Source of the DNA: an uncultured Gammaproteobacteria bacterium | GTDB taxonomy: Bacteria > Patescibacteriota > Patescibacteriia > Patescibacteriales > BS150m-G62 | Direction: 5' to 3' | NCBI GenBank assembly: GCA_964569045.1 | Contig: CAZMSR010000002.1 | Coordinates: 43,272 to 107,271, forward strand | DNA: 64,000 nucleotides | In this document: positions 10,500-19,239 of the stretch, one piece after another | Position numbering within the stretch: the first letter of the stretch is position 1 | How the letters are laid out: each line of letters starts with the position of its first letter | Program-made: the position numbers and the translations under genes | Notes under the pieces: generated by a model | What the model saw: the letters and a program-made list of their open reading frames with translations, nothing else | The model's database searches: none | Told to the model about the DNA's origin: nothing

Positions 10500-13079
10500 G
10501 TGTTTAAAAAAAAGAGAAAATATAATAGAAAAAAAAATAAAGACATTTTAGAAGATAACTTGGATGAAAGCATAGGCCTTGACTCTGACATTAAGAGAGG
10601 AATTATTATCGTATTTATTATCACCTTTGGAGCGATAAGTTTTTTGTCTTTGTTTAATATTGCCGGTGCCTTGGGTGGATTTTTATCAAAAGGATTAACT
10701 GCTTCTTTAGGTTGGGGGCGCTGGCTGTTTCCTTTTTTAATGTTTTTTTTAGGTTATTTTTTATACAACGAAGGAAAATATTTTGTTAAAAAAATGACTT
10801 ATTTTGGAATATTCTTATTATTTATTTCTATTCAAGCAATACTCCATTTATTTACTCCGGTAGAAGAATGGAAAGAAGCAATTAGCTATGGAGCCGGAGG
10901 AGGATATTTTGGATATTTTATTGCTCTTTGTTTTTATAAAATTATGGGCATTATTGCTACTTGGCTTGCTCTTGTTGCTATATTTATAACATCTTTAATG
11001 TTAACATTTAATGCATCACTAAAAAAAATTATTGGCGGTGAAAGTCCGCTTAATTTTCTCTTTTCTCCTTTTAAACTCGCTTATACTAAACTATTCAATA
11101 ATAAAATAGATGATGAATATTATGATGAAAATGAAGAGGAAAATAATGAAGAATCATTAAATACACTCAAACATAACGAAGAAGAATTAAGCAAATATGA
11201 CAATGATTCGCTTGATGAAAAATTTTCTAAAAAAACTATTGGTGAATCAAATACTAATAAAAATAATGAAGCACAAGAAAAGACAAAAACAGAAAAAACG
11301 CCTGATATTTCTTTAAATTCAGCAAAAGTAAAAATAGATTTACCTATTAACCTATTAAAAGCAGCAGCTGGCAAACCAACATCGGGAGATATTAAATCTA
11401 ATATTGATATCATTACTAAAACGCTAGAAAATTTTGGCATAAACATTGAAATGGGCGATGTAACTGTTGGACCAACAGTTACTCAATATGCCTTCAAACC
11501 TGCTGACGGTGTTAAGCTGTCAAGAATCACAGCTTTAAGAAGCGACTTATCACTAGCACTTGCCGCTCATCCACTTAGAATCGAAGCTCCGATTCCCGGG
11601 AAAGCGCTTGTTGGCCTTGAAATGCCCAATCAAAAGAAAGCGCTTGTTAGTTTAAAAGAAATATTAACCGATGTATCATTTAAAAAAAACGACAATGCTC
11701 TAGCTCTTGGCCTTGGAAAAGATGTAGCCGGCAAAGTATGGGTAGATAATTTAGCAAAAATGCCTCATGTAATTGTAGCCGGTGCAACAAATTCCGGTAA
11801 GTCAGTATGCTTAAACACAATAATTGTAAGCTTACTCTACAGAAACAATCCTGACGAACTTAGGTTTATTATGGTTGATCCAAAAAGAGTTGAATTGACA
11901 GTGTATAATGACATCCCTCACTTACTCACTCCTGTTATTACAGATGTTAATAAAACAGTAAATGCGCTAAAATGGTGCTTAAATGAAATGGATAGACGAT
12001 TTGATGTTCTTAGCAAAAAAGGCAAAAGAAATATACAATCATATAACGAAACCTTAAAACCTAGTGACGAAAAAATGCCTTATATTATTTTCGTTATTGA
12101 TGAACTAGCGGATTTAATGGTATCTGCCAAGAGAGATGTAGAAGCAGCTATTATAAGGCTAGCTCAAATGGCTAGAGCGGTAGGCATTCACTTAATTCTT
12201 GCGACTCAAAGACCTTCAACTGATGTAATTACAGGGCTAATCAAGGCAAATACACCTGCTAGAATCGCTTTTGCCGTAGCTTCCGGCATTGATTCTCGCA
12301 CTATTTTAGACTCAACCGGGGCAGAAGATCTTTTGGGTCAGGGAGATTTGCTAATGTCTACACCGGCGATTGCTCAACCTAAACGCTTGCAAGGAGCGTA
12401 TTTATCTGATATTGAAATAAAAAGAATTGTAAGATACATAAAAGAGCAAGTAGACGGTGAGACATTTTACATAAATGATATTGTTGAAAATCAACAAGTA
12501 AAGGGCGTAGCTTCTATGGGCATAGATCCGGGAGGAACAGCAGACAGTGAAGGAGGAGATCAACTTTTTAATGAAGCTAAAGAATTAGTTATTAATAGCG
12601 GAAAAGCATCAGCATCTTTACTTCAACGTCGTCTTAGTGTAGGATATGCTAGAGCTGCTAGAATTATGGATTTACTTGAAGAAGCTGGAATTATAGGCGG
12701 AGCTAACGGATCAAAACCTCGTGAAATCCTAATATCAAAGGAGCAATTAGAAGAATCGCTTAATACTCCAACAAGTTTTACACCGATTCACAATCCTGAC
12801 GAATTTGAACCCAAAGATAATTACCTGACTGAAGCCCCGGACCATCTTAATGAAGAAGTACCTGAAAATCCTGTAATTCTAAAAAAAGAAAATAGCTACA
12901 CAACCCCGGAGAATAGCAATAAAGACAATTTTTCAGAATATGAGGAAGAGGATGTTGAAAAAAAATCTCAAAACAAAAAAGAATTAAGCACAGACGATGT
13001 TTACGAAGGAGATAGTGAGGATAATAAAAAAGAAAAAAATAACGATCTTGAAGATGAAGGGAAATTTTTTTCAAAATAA
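10500..13079 (+). CDS. ftsK: DNA translocase FtsK/SpoIIIE
   Basis: N-terminal multi-TM region, acidic low-complexity linker, motor domain with Walker A GATNSGKS and VIDELADL, C-terminal gamma winged-helix (LLQRRLSVGYARAARIMDLLE). GTG start. Confidence 0.92.
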   Translation: MFKKKRKYNRKKNKDILEDNLDESIGLDSDIKRGIIIVFIITFGAISFLSLFNIAGALGGFLSKGLTASLGWGRWLFPFLMFFLGYFLYNEGKYFVKKMTYFGIFLLFISIQAILHLFTPVEEWKEAISYGAGGGYFGYFIALCFYKIMGIIATWLALVAIFITSLMLTFNASLKKIIGGESPLNFLFSPFKLAYTKLFNNKIDDEYYDENEEENNEESLNTLKHNEEELSKYDNDSLDEKFSKKTIGESNTNKNNEAQEKTKTEKTPDISLNSAKVKIDLPINLLKAAAGKPTSGDIKSNIDIITKTLENFGINIEMGDVTVGPTVTQYAFKPADGVKLSRITALRSDLSLALAAHPLRIEAPIPGKALVGLEMPNQKKALVSLKEILTDVSFKKNDNALALGLGKDVAGKVWVDNLAKMPHVIVAGATNSGKSVCLNTIIVSLLYRNNPDELRFIMVDPKRVELTVYNDIPHLLTPVITDVNKTVNALKWCLNEMDRRFDVLSKKGKRNIQSYNETLKPSDEKMPYIIFVIDELADLMVSAKRDVEAAIIRLAQMARAVGIHLILATQRPSTDVITGLIKANTPARIAFAVASGIDSRTILDSTGAEDLLGQGDLLMSTPAIAQPKRLQGAYLSDIEIKRIVRYIKEQVDGETFYINDIVENQQVKGVASMGIDPGGTADSEGGDQLFNEAKELVINSGKASASLLQRRLSVGYARAARIMDLLEEAGIIGGANGSKPREILISKEQLEESLNTPTSFTPIHNPDEFEPKDNYLTEAPDHLNEEVPENPVILKKENSYTTPENSNKDNFSEYEEEDVEKKSQNKKELSTDDVYEGDSEDNKKEKNNDLEDEGKFFSK

Positions 13080-13104
13080 AATTTTTTAAACAATTATTAA
13101 ATTT

Positions 13105-13731
13105 ATGATTATTACATACAACGGCTTGTCATGTTTTAAATTACTGTCTAAACCTACAGAAGGAACATCTGTAATTATTAATCCATTCCACGAAGACACC
13201 GGCTTAAAACCAAATAAAAATCAATCTAATCTAGTTATAATCGGATCTTTAAGTAAATACATAAATAAAAAATCGCAAAATAAAGAAAGTTTTTTAATAA
13301 ACACGGCCGGAGAATTTGATGTTAAAAATATCGGCGTTAAGGGTATTGAAATAAAAGGAAATAAAATTAATACAATAATTTTTAGAATCACTATTAATAA
13401 TATTAGTTTTATTCATTTAAGTGATTTAGATCGAACTTTAAGCACAGAAGAACTTGAAGAAATCAACGGTACAGACATACTTGCAATACCGGTTGGAGGT
13501 AATAGCGTACTCAACAGCTCAAAAGCAAAAGAAGTTGTTAATCAAATTGAACCAAGAATAGTAATTCCTATGTTATATAAACTACCAAACCTAATTATAG
13601 ACCTAGATGATCTAGAAAAATTCAAAAAAGAAATTGGAATTGAAGCCACATTTGAAGACAAGCTTCGTATAACAAAAAAAGACCTCCCGCAAGAGGACAT
13701 GGAATTTGTAATTTTGAATGCAAGACAATAG
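13105..13731 (+). CDS. Putative MBL-fold metal-dependent hydrolase (UPF0173-like)
   Basis: 208 aa. The MIITYNGLSCFKL start and length resemble short beta-lactamase-fold hydrolases. The classic HxHxDH motif is not obvious. Confidence 0.45.
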   Translation: MIITYNGLSCFKLLSKPTEGTSVIINPFHEDTGLKPNKNQSNLVIIGSLSKYINKKSQNKESFLINTAGEFDVKNIGVKGIEIKGNKINTIIFRITINNISFIHLSDLDRTLSTEELEEINGTDILAIPVGGNSVLNSSKAKEVVNQIEPRIVIPMLYKLPNLIIDLDDLEKFKKEIGIEATFEDKLRITKKDLPQEDMEFVILNARQ

Positions 13732-13798
13732 TATGCTAAATTTATAATCTGATTTTGATTTATATTCATAAACTTAGCGTATTTTATAATATAAACAA

Positions 13799-14836
13799 TT
13801 ATTCAACCTCTCTAGCACTAATTTCTTCTAATATTTTTTTACGTACTTCATTCATTAATTTATTATCTGCTTTTAAAAATCTTTTAGCGTTTTCTCTTCC
13901 AACGCCAAATTTAATATCCCCAAAACTATAAGAATTGCCATTTTTTCGAACAACTTCTAAAGCAACACCGGAATCAAGCAAGTCGCCGGCTACTGAAATT
14001 CCTTCATTATACATAATATCAAATTCACATGTTCTAAAAGGTGCTGCTACTTTATTTTTTACAATCTTACACTTAACTCTATTGCCAACTATTTTGTCAG
14101 CCTGTTTGATTTGAGCACTTCTTCTAATCTCAATTCTTACTGACGAATAAAATTTTAATGCATTGCCGCCGGTAGTAGTTTCCGGATTACCAAACATTAC
14201 TCCGATTTTCATTCTAATCTGATTAATAAATATAATAATTGTATTTGTTTTAGCTACAATTCCGGTTAATTTACGAAGTGCCTGACTCATTAATCTAGCC
14301 TGTAAGCCCATATTTGAATCTCCCATATCCCCTTCTATTTCTTTTTTTGGTACTAGTGCTGCAACACTATCAACAACTATAACATCAACTGCATTAGATC
14401 TAACCAAAGTCTCTAAAATCTCGAGTGATTGCTCACCGGTATCGGGCTGAGATATTAACATATCTTTTACATTAACACCAATCTTAGTAGCATAATCAGG
14501 ATCAAGCGCATGTTCAGCATCAATAAACGCAGCAATTCCACCGGTTTTTTGCACTTCCGAGACTATATGCTGAGCAAGCGTAGTTTTACCTGATGACTCC
14601 GGTCCAAAAACCTCTATTATTCTTCCTCTTGGAACACCGCCAATTCCAAGTGCAACATCAAGCGACAAACAACCGGTAGAAACAGCATCAACATTAACAT
14701 GCTTAAACTCACCAAACTTCATTATTGACCCCTCTCCAAACCTATCTTTTATTTGCTCCATTGCAGCAATAGCTGCTGCCATTTTCTCATTACTCCGGTC
14801 ATTTTTATTTTTTTTACTAGCTTTATCAGTAGTCAT
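13799..14836 (-). CDS. recA: Recombinase RecA
   Basis: Walker [20 protein letters not shown]1/L2 loop regions. The track ORF runs to 14860, but the ATG at 14836 (MTTDKASKK...) is the more plausible start. Confidence 0.96.
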   Translation of the reverse strand: MTTDKASKKNKNDRSNEKMAAAIAAMEQIKDRFGEGSIMKFGEFKHVNVDAVSTGCLSLDVALGIGGVPRGRIIEVFGPESSGKTTLAQHIVSEVQKTGGIAAFIDAEHALDPDYATKIGVNVKDMLISQPDTGEQSLEILETLVRSNAVDVIVVDSVAALVPKKEIEGDMGDSNMGLQARLMSQALRKLTGIVAKTNTIIIFINQIRMKIGVMFGNPETTTGGNALKFYSSVRIEIRRSAQIKQADKIVGNRVKCKIVKNKVAAPFRTCEFDIMYNEGISVAGDLLDSGVALEVVRKNGNSYSFGDIKFGVGRENAKRFLKADNKLMNEVRKKILEEISAREVE

Positions 14837-14940
14837 ATTACAAAGAATGCAAAAAATCAAAATAAAATTAAAAAATATTCTGATTAATTATTTAAAAATA
14901 ACTTTTCTTAATTTTTAATATTAACTTACTTAAATATTTT

Positions 14941-15621
14941 TTACAAATCTTTTTTTAATAAAATTTTACGCTGAAGAAAAGCTTCGTTGCCAAACTTTCG
15001 CCTAGCTGAAATATTAATTATATTAATTCCTTCTCTTAAATAAACACCCTTTTTAAACACTCCGCCGGTATTAGCAATTAACTCACCATTTATTACAACC
15101 TGAGCTTGCTCGTCAGCACTTCCATTAATTTGAATATGAGTTTTACTTGTTACTAAATTATCTTCCGGATTAAAAATCTTAAGTGCCGGAGGCGAAAATA
15201 TTCCAAAAATAGCATTACTTAAATAATAAAAACAAATAACTATGCTAAACGCAATTAATATATTTTTAAATATATTTGGAATATAGATGATAAGGGTCTG
15301 TAGATTTTTTAATTTTGAAAAATAATCATTTTCTTTAACCTCCAAACCTAAAACGTTTCGTTCTTTTTCAAAATCGACTAATAGTTGCTTGTAATTTAAC
15401 TCTAAAAAAGAAGCATACTCTCGCAAATAATTTTTGCCATACAACCCCTTTGGCAAAATCTCATAATTAGCACTTTCTAAAGAACGAAGATATTTAATAT
15501 TAATATCTAAAAAACGAGCAATTTGACTTAATTTTAAACCTTTTTTAATTCTAGCCAAATAAAGCTGCTCTGAAACAGAAGCAGCTTCTAAATTAATTTT
15601 ATTAATTTCAAATTCTGACAT
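14941..15621 (-). CDS. HTH (XRE-type) membrane protein, RodZ-like
   Basis: N-terminal HTH (LARIKKGLKLSQIARFLDINIKYLRSLE), one central TM helix (ILIAFSIVICFYYL), C-terminal beta-rich domain. Confidence 0.55.
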   Translation of the reverse strand: MSEFEINKINLEAASVSEQLYLARIKKGLKLSQIARFLDINIKYLRSLESANYEILPKGLYGKNYLREYASFLELNYKQLLVDFEKERNVLGLEVKENDYFSKLKNLQTLIIYIPNIFKNILIAFSIVICFYYLSNAIFGIFSPPALKIFNPEDNLVTSKTHIQINGSADEQAQVVINGELIANTGGVFKKGVYLREGINIINISARRKFGNEAFLQRKILLKKDL

Positions 15622-15705
15622 ATACTTTCACATAATTAGACTGCTACCAAATTATTCCAACACAACTAATTTGCTATCATTTAATTTAAAGTAGTTTAAG
15701 TTACC

Positions 15706-16293
15706 CTATGGTGGCGGTCCTAACACCTCCTCTGTTACCGGGACTCTTCTAAGTGGCTCTGCCACTTGTTCATAATTATTACTACTAGTTGTTTTTTTTA
15801 AAACTTCCAACCCTTTAACAGGAGGCTCTCCTTTTAAAGCAGTAATAGTGAACTGAATAATAAGATATGAACAAAAAATAATAGCTAATCCAATTACTGA
15901 ATTTAAAAGTATACCCTTGCCTTGAGTTACTCTTTCAGAACTACCGGCAGAAGTCAAGAGAACAACTCCACCGTATATAAAAAACAACAAAGTTACTGAT
16001 CCGGAAATTCCTAAAATAAAATTTGCTACTTTAATTATAAGCCTTTCAAAATCAACTAATGTACAACCACCATCACTTCCTGTGCAATTAACTAATCCTT
16101 TTTCATTATTCGCAGATACCTTAGAAACATTAATCCTCACTCCTCGGCAATCATCAATCTCTCCACCAGCCTCAAGACACTCTTCATTCATGTAAAAAAG
16201 AAACTCATTCCCAACAGTAAAACTCAACGGAATAAAGAATAATACTATTCCAATAATAAATTTAAATGGCGTTAAAAACAACTTTTTATGCAT
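15706..16293 (-). CDS. VirB2/TrbC-like small membrane pilin-family protein (divergent eighth member), Cys-containing ectodomain
   Basis: C-terminal module ...ILGISGSVTLLFFIYGGVVLLTSAGSSERVTQGKGILLNSVIGLAIIFCSYLI has the same two-helix layout as the 36-40 kb array. The ATG at 16293 (MHKKLF...) avoids the 32-nt overlap implied by the track start at 16329. Confidence 0.55.
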   Translation of the reverse strand: MHKKLFLTPFKFIIGIVLFFIPLSFTVGNEFLFYMNEECLEAGGEIDDCRGVRINVSKVSANNEKGLVNCTGSDGGCTLVDFERLIIKVANFILGISGSVTLLFFIYGGVVLLTSAGSSERVTQGKGILLNSVIGLAIIFCSYLIIQFTITALKGEPPVKGLEVLKKTTSSNNYEQVAEPLRRVPVTEEVLGPPP

Positions 16294-16297
16294 TTTT

Positions 16298-17665
16298 TTA
16301 ATATATTGTCTGCTGAACCTTTTGCGCACCTAAGTTAATTACGTTTTGCAATTTAGATCCATCAGCTCCGGCATTATTTATCATTTCATGAATTATGTTT
16401 TCCGCAGCATCATAATTTTTACCTCTATACCAACTTTTGGAAGTTAGTACTTGCCCGGCAAAAACACCAATATTTTCATCATTTATTTGCTGAGTTGCCA
16501 CAACTCTTAAAGCTGATGGTTTTTTTGTTTTTCTTAAGTAAGATTTAACATTTTCAGCTTTTGCGGCAAATTGAATAAAATCCCAAGCCTCATTTGAGTG
16601 TCTACTCTTTTTTGAAACTGTCTCAACCCAATAATTAGCAAAATTCATACTTCTACTTGCTCCTTCTATTTGCGGCACCGGAGCTATGCCAAAATTCAAC
16701 TGTGGTGCGCGAGCCTTTATAGTTGACTGATGATATGAATATCCAAGCATCATAGCCAAACTCCCTCTAATAAACATTTCAAGAGAATTATTAAGATTAT
16801 TATTCCAAGTATATACCTCTTTGGTTGAGTTAGAAAAATCTGTATAAAACCTTAGCGCCTCAAGGCCGGGGTTATACTTTTGTGCTTTGTAAGCAGCAGG
16901 GATTGCATGAAAAGCCACTGTACCACCGCTTGTCATTTGAGCTCCATTTTGCATCATTAGTAATGATAATATATCAAATGAACGCTCTACATTTCTTGCC
17001 CCGCCCAAAGCTATTCCAGATTGAATTATTTTACCTCGAACATCAATTTTTGTAAGCCTTTTAACGTATTGTTGAAGCTCTTTATTCCAATATGCCGGTG
17101 GCTCTGCTATACCGGAATTGTTAAATAAATCACGATTATAGTACAAAGCCATAGTATCTACCGACAAAGGAAGGCCATACACCTTACCGCCAATAATGAC
17201 ATCATTAAAAACAGTATCAGCAAAATTATTTTTAATTTGAGTTAGAGTTATGCTTTTTACTGTTCTGAGTTCAGGAATTACTTCTTTTTTTAAACTACCC
17301 TTTACTATCGGATAAGCCATTGTTATACTAGCCGGCATTACTCTTATTTTATTCTTGTATTTATTAATCCACGTATTATGAATACTAAACATATCCGGAC
17401 CTCTATCCTCGGCTAAAGCGTCCACTATAGCGTCTTCATATTCTTGGTAACGCAATTTTCTATAATTAATATTAACAAACGGATGAATTGCTTTGTAAGC
17501 CGCTATAATATCTGAAAAAGAATCCTCACCATCAAAAACCCTCCAATACTTAAGCGTTACCGGCTTCATAGCACTTTCTGTTTCTTTTGTTGCTATCTTA
17601 CATCCAAAGCCGGAAGTTAATATAAAAACAAATATTAAAAATAATGTTGTTAGCTTAGAAGTCAT
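16298..17665 (-). CDS. ABC-type extracellular solute-binding lipoprotein (sugar-type SBP family 1)
   Basis: Lipobox LTSGFGC after a signal peptide. 455 aa with SBP_bac_1-like features. No permease or ATPase gene adjacent. Confidence 0.75.
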   Translation of the reverse strand: MTSKLTTLFLIFVFILTSGFGCKIATKETESAMKPVTLKYWRVFDGEDSFSDIIAAYKAIHPFVNINYRKLRYQEYEDAIVDALAEDRGPDMFSIHNTWINKYKNKIRVMPASITMAYPIVKGSLKKEVIPELRTVKSITLTQIKNNFADTVFNDVIIGGKVYGLPLSVDTMALYYNRDLFNNSGIAEPPAYWNKELQQYVKRLTKIDVRGKIIQSGIALGGARNVERSFDILSLLMMQNGAQMTSGGTVAFHAIPAAYKAQKYNPGLEALRFYTDFSNSTKEVYTWNNNLNNSLEMFIRGSLAMMLGYSYHQSTIKARAPQLNFGIAPVPQIEGASRSMNFANYWVETVSKKSRHSNEAWDFIQFAAKAENVKSYLRKTKKPSALRVVATQQINDENIGVFAGQVLTSKSWYRGKNYDAAENIIHEMINNAGADGSKLQNVINLGAQKVQQTIY

Positions 17666-18027
17666 AATTAATAAATTTTTTTATATTCAATTTAATTTTT
17701 TAGTTTACCATTCTATTTGTAGCATAACACTTTTTCATCTCTACATACATAATATCAAAAAAATTAAGGTAAAAAAAGAGCCCTGCAAGAGTATGGATTT
17801 ATCCACACCCAAGGCAATTGCAAGAACCTACTTTAAATGAAATTTAATGATTTAAATGTTCAAATGCAGGTCATTCTTTTTAAAAAGTTTTACAGGGATT
17901 AATTTTTTGTCTTGTCCATATCCGGAAGGACGACAATCGATTCTAACATTTTTCAATCACAAATTAGGCGACAGCCATCCGTAAACGACTGTTCACTAGC
18001 CTAATCTACTTATATTATACATTAAAG

Positions 18028-18066
18028 TAAAAAAAAGAGGGGTTATCCATACCTGTGGATAACCCC
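18028..18066 (-). terminator. Rho-independent terminator of the high-GC gene
   Basis: Perfect 11-bp stem ggggttatcca / tggataacccc (18039-18049 / 18056-18066), 6-nt loop, followed on the minus strand by tcttttttttac. A second GC hairpin ccgccc-tgcg-gggcgg lies at 18078-18093. Confidence 0.75.
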
Positions 18067-18148
18067 GGTTGTAGCGACCGCCCTGCGGGGCGGAAGTCAA
18101 GACTCAAGAGCCAATATTCAAAAGGCTCAAGGGTTCAATGTTCAATGG

Positions 18149-18985
18149 TCAATTACTGCGGACCAAGAACACCGAGGCCGACCCATAGCGCGAGTAGAAG
18201 TAGTCGACCCGGTTAGCGCCAAAGCCCAGGCGACCGTCGTCGAAGTCGAAGAGAGGCGCGAACGAGAAATCGCCACCGACGTCAGGTGCGTACTTATCCC
18301 CTGGGCAGTCGATGAACAAGTTCTCATGGGCCACGAGACGCTCGGGATGAGTTGCGAGCATGGAAACGATAACAAATGCTCCTAGACCGTATTCTTCGAC
18401 GGGAAACTCATCGCACACCTTGCGCACGCTCTTTCCGCGATGGAGGAAGCCGAATTGCGCCCAGATAACCCAGTAATCACCCGTCTGGGTTTTCCCGAGT
18501 TCATCGTAGAGCTCACGGGTCCTCTGACTCTCCCGCAAATACTTTGGTCCGAGGTTGTCTCCCCGATAGTTGTGGAAGTTGCGCTGGCCCGCGATAATGG
18601 CGAATATGGCCTTGAGAGCCGTGCCGTACTCGTCGGCCATGCGTTTCCACTTCGGGATGATGAAAAGAGCCTCTGCTCCCTTGGGGCGTTCTTTCGCTAA
18701 CTCCTCGGCCAATTCAAGCACGCCGTCGGTGGAGAGCCTGGGAAGCGTCTCACTCCAAAAGGCGAGCTGGTCGGCAGGGGATTTGGGCTCGTAACCCTTG
18801 GGGTAGCCGTAGTTGGACTCGGTTACCTCGTTGGCGTAACGACCGCGTGGTTTCTGCTCCTCCTCTTTTTCGTGTTTCAAAAAACTGGTCAAACGCTCCC
18901 TTGTGATGTGCCCCTCCTTGACTTGGCGCCAAAACTCTTGCATTTGACCAGGGGTTACATCACTTCCGTGCAGTGTGTCAATCAT
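18149..18985 (-). CDS. Hypothetical protein encoded on a ~58% G+C island (no family recognised)
   Basis: 278-aa ORF with a strong SD (taggaggatgttaccATG), its own promoter and its own terminator. The other ORFs overlapping it are stop-poor artefacts of high GC. Confidence 0.7.
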   Translation of the reverse strand: MIDTLHGSDVTPGQMQEFWRQVKEGHITRERLTSFLKHEKEEEQKPRGRYANEVTESNYGYPKGYEPKSPADQLAFWSETLPRLSTDGVLELAEELAKERPKGAEALFIIPKWKRMADEYGTALKAIFAIIAGQRNFHNYRGDNLGPKYLRESQRTRELYDELGKTQTGDYWVIWAQFGFLHRGKSVRKVCDEFPVEEYGLGAFVIVSMLATHPERLVAHENLFIDCPGDKYAPDVGGDFSFAPLFDFDDGRLGFGANRVDYFYSRYGSASVFLVRSN

Positions 18986-19057
18986 GGTAACATCCTCCTA
19001 TAGATGTTGGATAACCCGCGTTATGCGAGTCTTGGTTGGACATAAAAACCTATCAAC

Positions 19058-19086
19058 AGTATAGCATAAATACAAACTAAAGTCAA
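19058..19086 (-). promoter_or_regulatory. Near-consensus sigma70-type promoter for the high-GC gene
   Basis: Minus strand reads TTGACT - 17 nt - TATACT (-35 at 19086-19081, -10 at 19063-19058), about 70 nt upstream of the ATG at 18985. Confidence 0.5.
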
Positions 19087-19239
19087 GCAGAGAGCCTTAT
19101 GGAATGTAAAGTTATCCACATATACACAAGGCAAGACTCAATGGTTCAAGTGCTCAAGCATCATCACTCAAACAAATCACCCCTTAATTACTTAAAAGGT
19201 AACTACTTCAAAAAATCCAAATACCGTCTAATTAGTAAC

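Noticed and set aside
17912-17936. Possible SRP (4.5S) RNA, because of tCCGGAAGGAcgac resembling the conserved domain IV GGUCCGGAAGGAAGCAGC.
   Set aside because: The 3' side reads GGACGACAA instead of GGAAGCAGC and the 5' side reads CATATCC instead of CAGGUCC. The conserved symmetric-loop nucleotides needed for Ffh binding are missing, and no extended closing helix is apparent.
18142-18932. Four extra ORFs overlapping the high-GC gene (18142-18375 -, 18440-18700 +, 18570-18794 +, 18750-18932 -).
   Set aside because: High G+C depletes stop codons in all frames. These ORFs have Arg/Ala/Ser/Pro-biased junk-like composition and no SD. Only 18149-18985 has an SD, a promoter and a terminator.
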